Translations under genes and position numbers: made by a program
In this document: in pieces, positions 1-54,840 of the stretch
How positions within the stretch are numbered: position 1 is the first letter of the stretch
How the letters are laid out: each line of letters starts with the position of its first letter
Assembly (NCBI GenBank): GCA_030141605.1
Contig: JAQGDQ010000175.1
Coordinates: 310,001-374,000, forward strand
Direction: 5' to 3'
Source of the DNA: Tubiluchus corallicola
Taxonomy: Eukaryota; Animalia; Priapulida
DNA length: 64,000 nt
The notes under the pieces: model-generated
Databases searched by the model: none
What the model was told of the DNA's origin: nothing
What the model saw: the letters and a program-made list of their open reading frames with translations, nothing else

Positions 1-760
1 TAGCTGAAAAAGAACATCGCCTAGGGCGGATTGCTCTTGTCTAGTTCATGTTAATTGTGCATTGTATGTTTTTTATTTTCCTATGATCAAGTTTTTTAGA
101 CATTTTGTTCCATAATTGGGTTTAAATAATGAAAAAGAAACTACACAATTCAGTATTACTAGCAGTCATCATCATCACATTAAAAATTTTGTTTTTATTA
201 CATAAACCCTCTGACAAAAATTTACTTTTTATTTGTAAACTTATGCCTGTGGTTTCTTTCATGACGGATTTTTCTATTGAAACTACCAGTGTGGTGTGTC
301 ATTAAACTTCTGTAGTAGCTTTCTTACATTTTCTAAGATCTTTTTTCTAATTGGATCCCGTTTTTTTAAGTTGATCTGCATAATGTGATATCATTTTTTT
401 GTACCATTAGATCCTAAATCATTGTACTGTTACTTCATCCTACAGCACTCCCTGATTCTCAAATGACCCCTGTTCCCAGAACCAGTTGAAACCAGAGTCA
501 GTCAACGTGTGAAGGTGCCCTAACCATTGCTGTACTATGCACCGAGGCAATAATTAAAACCATTAGTTTCAAAAACGAAAAACTACGACAAAAGACAACA
601 CTTTTATTAGAAAACTACGGAAATACAGACTTTTCAACACTGACTGTCAAACCGCTAGATCAGTGCGAAAGCAGCGCGAGCACTTTTCTTTTTGTAAACA
701 TATTTCTTTAAATTATCCATATTTGGCAACTTGATGTAACTAAATCAAAATTGAATTGAT

Positions 761-800
761 TGCCAACCCGGTTTCGAACAAACTGTTTATTGTCAAGGCA
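761..800 (-). ncRNA. Second, mutated hammerhead motif copy (inverted partner of 942-980)
   Basis: Reverse complement is TGCC-TTGACAA-T-AAAC-AGTTT-GTTC-GAA-ACCGGGT-T-GGCA. Confidence 0.5.
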
Positions 801-941
801 TCTAAAACAAAGAAATTTACAGGAATTTAGAAACATCAAAATGCAATTCAGTAGCCAAAAGTTATATGATAAACCATTATATAGATAATTTAACAATTTA
901 CTTTGCAGATTGCATACCTTAATTGGTATGAAACTTTTAGA

Positions 942-980
942 TGCCTTGACAATGAACAGTTTGTTCGAAACCGGTCGGCA
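942..980 (+). ncRNA. Minimal type I hammerhead ribozyme motif (Penelope/retrozyme type, U3-A8 variant)
   Basis: TGCC-TTGACAA-T-GAAC-AGTTT-GTTC-GAA-ACCGGT-C-GGCA-ATAAA: stem I TGCC/GGCA, stem II GAAC/GTTC, palindromic stem III ACCGGT, GUC site. Confidence 0.65.
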
Positions 981-1708
981 ATAAATTCATATTTATTTAT
1001 TTTCAGAATTGAAAATGAAGACCCAACCGGCTCAACTCAGATCTTTTTTGAAATCTAAGACATATTCTGAGAAAGCATAAGCTCGGCCTTCGTACTGCAT
1101 TTCAGTCAAGAAGTGATTGTTAAATAAGGTAAAGCATTTGTACTAATAAAAATGTAGTATATTCTTAAATTCTTACACAGACCTTCGTATGACATTTGCG
1201 AATCTAAGTGTCAAAAATAGACTAAACTCTTAAGCGCTTTCATTCTTATGACACATAATTGCGCTAACATTGACGTGCAGTTCTGTTCTCTTGAAATGTT
1301 TTACTTTCTGAACAAATTCCAACTGTTTGGTAAAACACCAACTTATACTGATGACTTTTACAGATGGCATCGAATAACTTTCTCTGGTGAAAGTCTTGTG
1401 AAGCTATAAATGTAATCGGTAACGTCCTTCGGTCCAAAGGTTGGTCCTAAATTTAAGCCCAACTAAAGCGTTGTTCTTCTCATGTTTGTAAGCATGAGAA
1501 CAATGCCAGAATACTTTCACGCGGCTATCCAACAAAGCAAAATCGTAGCCAAGTTGGTGGCAGCACTTTCGAATGTATAACTGTTAAAAAAGTTTGATTC
1601 ATCCTTTAATCTGTCCAGATAAAGTCCAGATGGCAGACATGTGTGTAGGTTGTACCATCACAACGGTTGCTTGAGACGGGTCTGGTCTAAAAAATCACAG
1701 AATCCCTT

Positions 1709-43326
<41,618 letters not shown>

Positions 43327-44104
43327 GACCTATAATAAAAAAAGCGTTAAAGAAAGATGACTATGCCATCTTAGTTATGTAAACTGGTGCATATCGAGGT
43401 CCTACTGCAGCCCCAATAACCAAAGAGCAACCAAGAATGTAGCAGGTCTCCTAACCAAATTCAACGAGAGTTTTCCTTTTACTTTCACCCTGCTCAATTA
43501 AGTGTTAATTTCGTTCATTATAACGCGGAGAAAGTGATATTGTTTTGCCTTTTCATTAGAGTCATATTTAGCATGTCAAAGCAACGATTTAAAAAAAACA
43601 AAATAAAAAAGATGTTGAAAGTAATTAATAAAACAGTAGCATTTATATATTCAGACATATTTTGTTCACTTCACGTACCTTACAATCTCGTTTACTGTTC
43701 ATATACCTAGCCAACAGAGAACTATGTTGATCATAGACATAATTTAGTTTGATGTACGAACTGAAGAAAATTGTTACTTGTCGACAAGATGAGATGCGCG
43801 AATTCTAAAGAGGAAATCTAAGCTGAGCCTCGTGCGCATGCTCGGGGGTGATAAGTTTCGCAAAGTTCTGCTTCATTAACCACTTATTACTTACCAGCTA
43901 TTTTTAACGAACAAAGAACGTAAAAATAAATAAATATTTTATTGCTCTTAAAACAAGGACGAAAACTTATGATTCCCATATGAATTATAAACGTTGATGT
44001 TATTGTTTGACTGTGATAAAACCGAATGACCGACAATCAAAATGAGTTTGCTATATTTTGATAAACTTTTACCCAATGGATAAGTGGAGTATGACGTCAA
44101 TTTT

Positions 44105-44678
44105 GCCAACCATGGACAAAGTTTAGTAAGAAGAGTTATATGCAAAACTGCCAACCATCTCAAAGTTTGGTAAGAAGAGTTATATGCAAAACTGCCAACC
44201 ATCTCAAAGTTTAGTAAGGAGAGTTATATGCAAAACTGCCAACCATGTCAAAGTTTAGTAAGAGGAGTTATATGCAAAACTGTCAACCATCTCAAAGTTT
44301 AGTAAGAAGAGTTATATGCAAAACTGCCAACCATGTCAAAGTTTAGTAAGAAGAGTTATATGCAAAACTGCCAACCATCTCAAAGTTTGGTAAGAAGAGT
44401 TATATGCAAAACTGCCAACCAAATCAAAGTTTAGTAAGGATAGTTATATGCAAAATTGCCAACCATCTCAAAGTTTAGTAAGGAGAGTTATATGCAAAAC
44501 TGCCAACCATCTCAAAGTTTAGTAAGGAGAGTTATATGCAAAACTGCCAACCATCTCAAAGTTTAGTAAGGAGAGTTATATGCAAAACTGCCAACCATCT
44601 CAAAGTTTAGTAAGGAGAGTTATATGCAAAACTGTCAACCATCTCAAAGTTTAGTAAGAATAGTTAGATGCAAAACAG
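44105..44678. repeat. 44-bp minisatellite x~13
   Basis: caaagtttagtaaggagagttatatgcaaaactgccaaccatct. Confidence 0.95.
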
Positions 44679-44810
44679 CCAGAGAAGAAGGAAATAGGAG
44701 AAGAAGGAAGAAGGTAAAAAAATAGGGAAAATGGCAGTAAACATAACAGTGAGCAGTGTGATATCTGTTATAGGGAAGCCACGTGGGTTTTATCCTGTCT
44801 TTATGCTGCC

Positions 44811-45857
44811 TCCATGACATTGGGTCCATGACATTAGGTCCAAGACATTGGGTCCATGACATTAGGTCTATGACATTGGGTCCATGACATTAGGTCCATG
44901 ATATTGGGTCCATGACACTAGATCCATGACATTTTGTCATGACGTTGGGTCCATGACATTAGGTCCATGACATAGGGTCCATGACATTAGGTCCATGACA
45001 TTGGGTCCATGACATTGGGTCCATGACATTAGATCCATGACATTGGGTCCATGACATTAGGTTCATGACATTGGGTCCATGACATTAGGTCCATGACATT
45101 GGGTCCATGACATTAGGTTCATGACATTGGGTTCATGACATTGGGTCCATGACATTGGGTCCATGACATTAGGTTCATGACATTGGGTCCATGACATTAG
45201 GTCCATGACATTGGGTCCATGACATTAGGTTCATGACATTGGGTTCATGACATTGGGTCCATGACATTGGGTCCATGGCTTTAGGTCCATGACATTGGGT
45301 CCATGACATTGGGTCCATGACATTGGGTCCATGACATTAGGTCCATGACATTGGGTCCATGACATTGGGTCCATGACATTGGGTCCATGACATTAGGTTC
45401 ATGACATTGGGTCCATGACATTAGGTCCATGACATTGGGTCCATGACATTAGGTCCATGACATTGGGTCCATGACATTGGGTCCATGACATTGGGTCCAT
45501 GACATTAGGTCCATGACATTGGGTCCATGACATTAGGTCCATGACATTGGGTCCATGACATTAGGTCCATGACATTGGGTCCATGACATTGGGTCCATGA
45601 CATTGGGTCCATGACATTAGGTCCATGACATTAGGTCCATGACATTTTGTCCATGACATTGGGTCCATGACATTAGGTTCATGACATTGGTTCCATGACA
45701 TTGGGTTCGTGACATTGGGTCCATGACATTGGGTCCATGACATTGGGTCCATGACATTAGGTCCATGACATTGGGTCCATGATATTAGGTCCATGACATT
45801 GGGTCCATGACATTAGGTCCATGGCATTGGGTCCATGACATTAGGTCCATGACATTG
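44811..45857. repeat. 14-bp minisatellite x~75
   Basis: tccatgacatt(g/a)gg. Confidence 0.97.
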
Positions 45858-46239
45858 TTTCATTGTTTTGGTAAGGACTGTAAATGTCTGGTGATATGAC
45901 TGGCAGAAAGAGATGAGTGTGAAACGGAAAGCTTAGCATCTACCATGGACCGGGGTCAGCCATTTCAGTATTCTAACACTCGTGCTCCACATTTCATAGG
46001 AAATGTGATTAACCCATCCTTCCTGCTCACGCAAGTGCAAATTTACAAAAAATAAGTGAACCTGCATGAAGATATTTACTTTTGTTATCGCCTATACATT
46101 GATTACTGAAACTTGTGACTACTGATGCAGTAAAGTGGATTTCTCGTCAAAGCATCTTCGCCAAAACATGGTAAATAAACAGTAAACAAGTAAACCTTAT
46201 TTACGGTAAACGTATTTACTTAACAAAGGTAGGCTTATC

Positions 46240-46380
46240 TTACTTCACGGTTGAATGGAAGGAGAAAACCTGGGAGTGGGAAGTCATACGCTAATTGCGT
46301 CACAACGTGCGTCACAATGTGTGATTGGCGCACGTGTAACACGATGACGTCAGTACTGTTTAGCTTCAGCCAATGGAAAG
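46240..46380 (-). promoter_or_regulatory. Candidate promoter / first non-coding exon of the GABA-B-like gene
   Basis: Cluster of TGACGTCA (46345-52), CACGTG (46331-36), two TGCGTCA sites and CCAAT boxes (46324, 46370); minus-strand donor gtaaga at 46243. Alternative minus-strand donors occur near 43894 and 43678. Confidence 0.4.
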
Positions 46381-46974
46381 TTAGCGACTAACGCCACATT
46401 TTAATTTTGATTTTTACAAGATCGCGGCCATATCTGTAGTCATAAAAAGACACTAATATTCCAAATTGCATGTTTAAAAATTTCTTAAGCTATAATCACT
46501 GCAAAAGTCAGGTAACTGGCAACTGCTAGTCATCAGTGCAGACCAGTAGAACAGAATAGAAGAGAAATAATGTAACGTCCATTACAGTCCAAGTGTGGTT
46601 AGTAATTACTAAAAATAAAAATTCTATTATAAATGAAAGACAAGAAGTTAAAAAAAGCATTATAAAATAAACACAACACCTTGCATTCACAGTAAAATTA
46701 GCATATTAATTACCAAAAGACTGTTACTAAAAATGAGAATTTAGGGAAAAGAATTGTAAAATAAATAAAATACAAAAATAATGCATCCACGCTAAAATTA
46801 AACATGTTAAATTTTAAAAATAAGAAATGTTATTATTAAAACGTGAAGTTAAGAATTATAGAATAAACAGCATACAGCAATACAACCATAGTAAAATTGT
46901 GCGCAGTAATAAAATTTAAGTACAAGATAAAGCTAAAATCGTACACAGCTTTACAAATTTGAAAAATGAAAAAT

Positions 46975-47884
46975 AAAATGAAAAATCTGTTCCTCGGTAC
47001 ATAAACAAATCTTGTGCATCCAAAACCAAAAATCTGTTCCTCAGTGCAGACACAAATCTTGTGCATCCAAAACGAAAAATCCGTTCCTCAGCACATACAC
47101 AAATCTTGTGCATCCAAAACGAAAAATCCGTTCCTCAGTGCAGACACAAATCTTGTGCATCCAAAACCAAAAATCTGTTCCTCAGTACATACACAAATCT
47201 TGTGCATCCAAAAGGAAAAATCCGTTCCTCAGTACATGCACAAATCTTGTGCATCCAAAAGGAAAAATCTGTTCCTCAGTACATAAACAAATCTTGCGTA
47301 TCCAAAACCAAAAATCTGTTCCTCAGTACATACACAAATCTTGTGCATCCAAAACGAAAATCCGTTCCTCAGTACATACACAAATCTTGTGCATCCAAAA
47401 CGAAAAATCCGTTCCTCAGTACATACACAAATCTTGTGCATCCAAAATGAAAAATCTGTTCCTCAGTACATACACAAATCTTGTGCATCCAAAACCAAAA
47501 ATCTGTTCCTCAGTACATACACAAATCTTGTGCATCCAAAACCAAAAATCTGTTCCTCAGTACATACACAAATGTCATGCATCCAATACCAAAAATCTGT
47601 TCCTCAGTGCAGACACAAATCTTGTGCATCCAAAACCAAAAATCTGTTCCTCAGTACATACACAAATCTTGTGCATCCAAAATGAAAAATCCGTTCCTCA
47701 GCATATACACAAATCTTGTGCATCCAAAATGAAAAATCTGTTCCTCGGTACATAAACAAATCTTGTGCATCCAAAACCAAAAATCTGTTCCTCAGTACAT
47801 ACACAAATCTTGTGCATCCAAAACCAAAAATCTGTTCCTCGGTACATAAACAAATCTTGTGCATCCAAAACAAAAATCTGTTCC
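46975..47884. repeat. 47-bp minisatellite x~19
   Basis: aaaaatctgttcctcagtacatacacaaatcttgtgcatccaaaacc. Confidence 0.96.
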
Positions 47885-48544
47885 ATTAACATACCATTAC
47901 TTAAAGTGCTTCTGTGATGAGGCTAACCCAGCTAATATATAGCTCTCATGCATAGCATGATAAACAGAAGGCGTTTGGTTCGAGTCATGGTGACGCACAG
48001 AATTTCTAACTTGCTTTGGTTTTTGTGCATTTAGGGGAATAGTTACTTAATACTAATCAAGTGCAATGACCTTTTGTTAACAGCAATTGCTCGTTGTCAC
48101 GTTAAAAAAGTTTCAATAACGTATGCACTCACGTCTAAAAATAATAAAAGTTCGCAAGTTTGCAGGTAATTATAATGTCGTATTAATTATGTGCGTGAAT
48201 GCAGCAAGTATACTTTGTAATTTCTTAATGAACTTTTGCTTAAATAATAAAATCTGGCAGCGCTCAATTGTTTAGCAGCCTCATCCTTAAATAGCCCATT
48301 TTAATGGCGCTGTTTAAAAGCCCTAATAGTGGAAGCCTGATAATGGTTAGGCTGCGTTAATCTAAGGAGAAATGAGAGAACATATTTGAAGCCAGTTGCT
48401 ATTGACACCCGGCTGCAAATTGAACAAGATCTAGCTTTTACATGATAAATTTTACACAATTTTGCAGTGTTAAGTTCAAATTTATATTTATGAATTATAA
48501 GACTTTGTTCTTTTTTAGTCACTTGGGTAGCAAAATTTTATGTA

Positions 48545-48900
48545 ACAGTTTAAAAAAGGACTTTTCACACTAGAATGAGAGTTGGTTTTTGCCAACTTAA
48601 TTATGATTTGTACTTCAGAAAATGTAAAAATTACGATGGGTCGCTAGTGTCACCCAATCGTCAATGTGGTTCTACTTATGAAACAGTCAGTCATCACTTA
48701 GCTAGCTGCCCTCTTTACCATCAGGCCAGACACGACTTATTTACAAATCTCTGCATTCTTCTCTCAGCTTTTAACATCAATGTTTACAGTCCTGCGTCAA
48801 ATGAACTTGTACGTTTGTTCCTGCACGGGAACCATATCCTAGATAATTCTATGAACACTCAAATTTTTGTTTTAGTGCAATCTTTTATTTCAAAACGCTA
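48545..48900 (+). mobile_element. LINE ORF2 C-terminal fragment
   Basis: HTRMRVGFCQLNYDL...SPNRQCGSTYETVSHHLASCPLY...LFLHGN...NTQIFVLVQSFI, a degenerate CCHC C-terminus. Confidence 0.7.
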
Positions 48901-49819
48901 CCGATACTATTTTTGTTGTTTCTGCCCTCGCTGCCGCCACCTCCACTGTTGCTGTTGCTGTTGCTGCTTTCATTTACTTCTGTTGTTGTTCCTGCTGGTG
49001 GTTTTGCTACCAATACTATTTTTGTTGTTTCTGCCACCACTACCGCCACCGTCACTGTTGCTGTTGCTGTTTTCATTTACTTCTGTTGTTGTTCCTGCTG
49101 GTGGTTTTGCTACCAATACAATTTTTGTTATTGTCGCTGCCACTGCTGCTGCTGTTGCTGTTGTTCTCACCTTTGTTTTGCCGGTGCTGTTATTGATCTT
49201 GCTGATTCTTCGTTGACACTATAAGGTAACAGCTAATTGTACTCGTTCCCTAACTTTATGTGAATCACTCACTGCCGACATCAATAAATGCTTTATGGAC
49301 ATGAAAAAAAGTAGTGTGGTTGATTTAGACTGCATTTCTTACAAATCTGCTACTGATTTAAAGGGTTTTTTCGTTCGTTCGTTCATCCGTTCATTCATTG
49401 ATTTGTTCTTTCATTCATTCGTTTCTTCTTTCCTTCATTTCCGGTCTGACTTTCTCACTCACTCCCTCGTTTACTCGTTCCTTCATACATTCGTTCATTC
49501 CACCTTCGTTTGTTTGTATGTTTCTTTTCTTTCTTTCGTTTTCTATTTTTTATTCGCTCTCTCTCTTTCTCTCTCTCTCTCTCTCACTCTCTGCTTTTTA
49601 GCTCAGATCAGACGTACACTAACACCGGACACGATGATAATTATAATAGCATTTCTTCTAAATTTAGACCATACATTGTCCCAGTGTTCCAGGCCATCCA
49701 CGTTTCTTCTTCTGTCGCTAACTTACTGTAATGTCGTAGATATTGAGCCTCCCTTTTTAGAATAGTTTAGTGTTCCCTGTCTGCAACTAAAGTTCTCGAC
49801 TCCTGCGATGCTGTTGTTA

Positions 49820-50040
49820 ACTTTGGTCTTAGAAGCTGTAAATTTATTAATTCTGCATGTTGTTTTTGGTTTGTCAAGAGGTTTAGCAGGTTTTAGGGCC
49901 CATCTTTCTGGTGTTGTTTCTAGCAATCTAATTAAATGTCCTACCCATCTTAGTTTTTCTTTATTCAATTTTCTTAGTGTTCCAAAGTTCAACTTTGATT
50001 CTGTTTTTATACAGCTGCGCATTTCAAATGACATACGGCG
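49820..50040 (-). mobile_element. RTE-like LINE fragment
   Basis: KLRWVGHLIRLLETTPERWAL motif. Confidence 0.55.
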
Positions 50041-50984
50041 ATTTTATTTTTAAGATTTTTCCGTGTAAACCAAAGAGCTTCAAAATTTAAGTTACTTTGT
50101 CGGCAACAGATGGCACTCGGGTCTAACTTCCTAATTTCAATGGCGTCCATTCGTTAAATATCTGTGTTCGGCGTTACGAGTGAATTGCATGTAAGATATA
50201 CCTATAAAATACCCTGTAAACTCGCTTTTTTCCAGATCTTTATCTGATCAATTCATAAAGCTGTTAGTATATAAATGCCTTCTTCCCCTATATTCCCTAC
50301 TTCATGTAAAACTGCAGTTAAACCAAATTATTTGTCTCAAAAGTTATATTATAACTACTGGAGATTTACTACTACTAAACTCTTTCGTAATACCCTAATT
50401 AGCATCTTCATATTCTTTTTTCTACTTAGCTTACTGAAACTTATTACCTCCATTGTGAAAAAACAATTATTTCTCATTTCTTTTATGATGTGTGTGTGCA
50501 TGTGCGCGTGTGTGTGTGTGGCATGCAGGCGTGAAATCAAACAATAGGCCAGAAAAAACTAGGTGGTGCGAAAGTGTAATAGCGTCTTATTTTGCTGTCA
50601 CATTTCGGTTATTTGTTTGCAAGCAACATCAAAGTAAATTAAAAATTAAATTAATATTATTGAAGTATTGCTATTTCTTTTTTGTTTGCCTAAATTTGGT
50701 CTTCTGTAATAGACCAAGTTCTGACAAAATCAACAAAAACGGCTGCACAGCCATCGATCCGCCAGCGTGACATCAAATATGGCACCGTTTTTAAAAATAC
50801 GACGGGTATTTTCAAATCAAATTGCGCCCTGGACAAACAACTTAAAAATCGAAAATTTCAAGCTTACCTGGGTAAAAAAACCTGCTGATTATTTTAAGAC
50901 CCGAGCCTCAATTAAACGCCAACATTTTAGTCGTCAAAATAGGGTATTTTGAAAATATACGCCTTTATTCAGTCCTCGAAATGG

Positions 50985-51312
50985 CTGCTCCTTATTGGCT
51001 TGCATCTGAAACTATTCTTTCAAGCCTAATCTTAACTCCAAAACTAATTTTGATTGGCTAGAGTGAGTTAGTCCGGGCCGCATTTGTCCATTTAGAGAAC
51101 CTGGTTTGTAATGAAAACTTCTCTTTTGCCTCCTCGCTGATTGGACAATTCGGGTGATGTCATGTACAGTTTCAGCTGTGACAAGGCGCTTTGCGATTGG
51201 TTGCTGGCAGTAAATACCTAGTAGATGGGCGCACAGCCTGAAAGATGTATTGTGAAAGCCAATATCAAAAGATGGAACTTATCCAACTAAACTGCAAGAG
51301 TCATGCTTCTGG
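50985..51312 (+). promoter_or_regulatory. CCAAT-rich promoter with candidate first exon ending at the gtaagt donor (51313)
   Basis: ATTGG at ~50994, 51053, 51140 and 51197; CCAAT at ~51259; TGATGTCA at ~51154; strong donor GG|GTAAGT. Confidence 0.5.
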
Positions 51313-52620
51313 GTAAGTTATTGAAACTTTGTTGTTTACTACTGTACCTGTATTCACTTTGTCTACTACTGTACCTCTATTCACTTTGTGTCTTGTGCCT
51401 GTATTCTTGCTTACATTTGTACTTGCGCTTCTTATATGGTATTTTTTAAGTTCTACTACAGTTTTTTATTGTTTGACTAATTTTTGACATTTTAATGTGC
51501 TTGCAACCAGTTGTATGAAGTTATTTTTAAAAATGAAACCTAAAAGTTTATACTGATTTATTAATTTCACCTCAAAAGTATTTTATCGCTGTAACATTGG
51601 TTCAAATGCTTTTTAAATTTAAGGATACTGTGTTGGCCTAGCTAATGCAGGTAAAGTTTTGCTTATTACTCGAGCTGAAATTACTTCTGAAAGCATTAGC
51701 TGTAACTTCTAAAACAACAATTTTAAATACACATTTTGGTTCTTTGTGTTATTTTTTGTTTTAATCACAAGACATTTTGCTATTATGTTGAATTCTATTG
51801 TTTGCACATTGCCTATCAGTACAAAATTATGTATTATGTACTATTTTGCTATTGCTAATAAATTCATTAGATGCTCTAAAATGTACTGTGCATATCCAAC
51901 CAGAATCACCTCACACTCCCAAAATTATTATGTGCAGCCAATATTTTAGCCGTTTTTGTGTTATGTTTGTCACATTATAATGAAAGCAGGTTAAAGTACT
52001 AAGGTATTTATTTGACAGCAATTTAATTACTTCATATTTTCATTAACTATTCTGACTAAACTTTAGTTTTGGCTAAAGGTTTTCCAGTCAGCAAAACTAT
52101 GATAAACAAAACTATTAATTTTGATGTTTGAACAAGTCAAATTATAAACAGCAGACATTATTTACTTCATTTTTTGAGTTTTTCCAATATCATGGATGCT
52201 GCCCACATTTTGAATTTAGCCTCACTTTAGAGATTATCTTTTGCTTGGGATTTTTGTCCCATGATATTAATTGCATCTTTAATAAATACTCTGTTTTTTA
52301 CTAAGTGTTTCAAGTCATTATTTTTATAACAAATTCTACACATTTTACTCATACTGAACAAGATGGAGTGTGAAAGAATTTTTTTAAATGTTTTTGATTA
52401 AAGGGTGGTCTTTGCTCTTTTTATTGTGTGCTGAAAGATTAAACACAAAAGAAAATTGAGTTGAACAAAGAGCTTTTGAGTTAAATACTTTAGACTGTTG
52501 GACTCTACAGGTCCTTGTCATCAAAACAGGTTTTTATGCATTTAATTTCATCATCGATTAACAATTTTGAAATTAATAATTGAAAGTTTAAAACTTTTGC
52601 AGTGTTTTCATTTTCTCTAG

Positions 52621-52762
52621 GGAAGCTGTTTCACATAGATCTTGGTCGTGATCCCAAACCGATGCCACCGCCCATGAAGTTTGACCAAGGAGATGGGAGG
52701 AACTCTGAGTGTTTCAGTGATTTTAAGACTTATTGTATCACGTCCTTTCTGCATCTACGAAG
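52621..52762 (+). pseudogene. PIK3C3: Orphan degenerate exon of class III PI3-kinase (Vps34) catalytic domain
   Basis: ttttctctag|[20 protein letters not shown]...[19 protein letters not shown]|gtgaat, compared with Vps34 [25 protein letters not shown].KEM...CYTAFLHLRR. FGYI is deleted and a local frameshift is compensated. No other Vps34 exon was seen. Confidence 0.88.
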
Positions 52763-53810
52763 GTGAATGGGTTTTTTTGCTTCACAGTCTTGAAATTCAA
52801 TGTCTAAGTGATAATTTAGGGGAGGGTGTGTGTGTGTGTGTGTGTGTGTGGGGGGGGGGTTAGGTTGTTGCACTGCAAGAAGGCTCTAGTGAATTTGCTT
52901 TGGGATCATTTACATATGCCTGGCCAGAACTTTTGTTTTATGTTGTATGTTATTTACTCATGAGCACTACAAAATTAGTTGAAACAACTACAGATAAGAA
53001 TTTTTTGTTTCATATGTGAGTCCGTACATAACAGCAACAGGTTCTAGTAAACCGCTATTTTTTGTACTACTAGTTATTAGCTACCTTCCATTATCAAAGA
53101 GAATGTTTCGTGCACAAAATGTCTGTCCATTTACTTTCCTGGTGTGCAAGTTCACTTATTAAACAGTATTAAATCAATTAAGTGTTGAGCTGTCGTGGTT
53201 GTTGAGCCTGTGTATGCAAAATGACATTTGACCTTTATTTTTTATGACAAGTTGCTAAAATTTCTTTGTTTACTACTTTTTTTTTGATCTCAGACCTTTC
53301 ACGCTTATAAATATTTGGTATGTTGAATGGAAACCTCGCCATGCTTAGTGTTGTAGCTTACTCTCTCAATGTGTATTTATTAGTAGGGTGAGCATTCTCT
53401 ACCAGGAAGAGAGATCAAATTTGTGACTCGATTTTTCCAGGTATTCGTATCCGATAGCCGGTAGTTATAAAAATTTCATAATCGCAAATATTCGCCATCC
53501 GGTTTTTGTAATGTGCAATTGCAAACAGTTTTTAAATAATTTAGCAGCTGAAAATAAATAAAATATTACCAAAAAACGTAGTAAAAAGTAATTATTTAAA
53601 GAGAAAATTTGTATTACTTAGATTTTTATAGAGTGACTTTTGTAGCAAATGTTAGTTATTGGCAGACTTCCGGTAATCATCGTAGTACTCGGGATTTTCC
53701 TGAAACTTAAGTCCTGCTACCATTATTCAGCTTTTGTTTTCCTCCACCAGGTTTCGTAATAGATCAAATAACGGCTCGTGTGGAAAGAAATTCTACTCTG
53801 TCGGTTGAGT

Positions 53811-54300
53811 TACCGTATACATGTGTGTGCTAGTCGACCTTATGTATAAGTTGATGTGCATTTTAGGACCAAATATTGCATCATTTTATATATTGCCTGT
53901 GTACAAGGTGATCATAAAATATTGTCATAAAAATTACGTAAAACTCCCGCTGAAGCCGACAGGTGGCAGCACCTGCACAACATTGGCGATTTCCATGTTC
54001 TGATCAAGTTCTTCGTCGCTAGTTTATTTACTGGTAATATATTAGTTTTAACTTCCATCACCTGAAGGAGAGAGCTGGGACATCAGGTGCTGGGTGTGAT
54101 GCGGGGTGAAGGACAGAACTGGGACACCAGGTGCTGGATGTGACGCGGGGTGAAGGAGAGAGCTGGGACACCAGGTGCTGGATGTGACGCGGGGTCAAGG
54201 AGAGAGCGGAGGGAGTCCTTCACCCCACGTCATCTCGTGCGCATATATTTTGCAGCTCAAAGCTTATGCATTAAGCGATACAATTTGTAAATGACAATTT
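53811..54300 (+). mobile_element. Tc1/mariner-like end fragment with internal 44-bp x3 repeat (54064-54210)
   Basis: TACCGTATACATGTGTGTGCTAGTCGACC..GTATAAGT resembles TACCGTA..TATAAGTCGAC-type TIRs; the right end is not defined. Confidence 0.35.
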
Positions 54301-54840
54301 AGTAAATGACCAATAAAATACCTTTGCTATTAATAAAGATTATTCAAGTTTTGCTATAAACTATGTTTATATCTGTTGATTGCTGTATCAGAACTATTCT
54401 CAACTTCTGTTTTTAATTTTTGTTTATTTTCTTGGTTTTAATAAGCAAAGCAACAAAATTTGGACAGCAAATTAGCATAGACGTCCTGTTCAATTTTCAA
54501 ATAGTTTCTTCTGGAATTAATACCGTATGGATAATCGCTTGAACATCCTAGTGTGTTTACAAGTCTAATAACCTGTTTTCTTATTTTTCTTGATTTGCAA
54601 AAACAAATGTCCAAACTTAAATGTCTCCATGATCAAGTGTACTCTCTAAGCTCCTTGTTGGATCTAATGAAACCACTGCATTGTATGCAGTACAATCCCA
54701 CTAGAATAGCAGGTATTCTGAAGAAGGAAGGGGCAGATACGTATGCCAGAATATTTCTTGTGTTTCTGTTATAGATAAACATGGTCAATATCTTGAGATA
54801 AGTCAAATGATACACCAGTAAATTCATAAAAACATTTTTA

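Noticed and set aside
46836-47892. Cluster of overlapping ORFs
   Set aside because: Artefact of the 47-bp minisatellite.
47912-47950. GTGATGAGGCT..AGC hammerhead-like stretch
   Set aside because: Core C3 and GAAA are absent.
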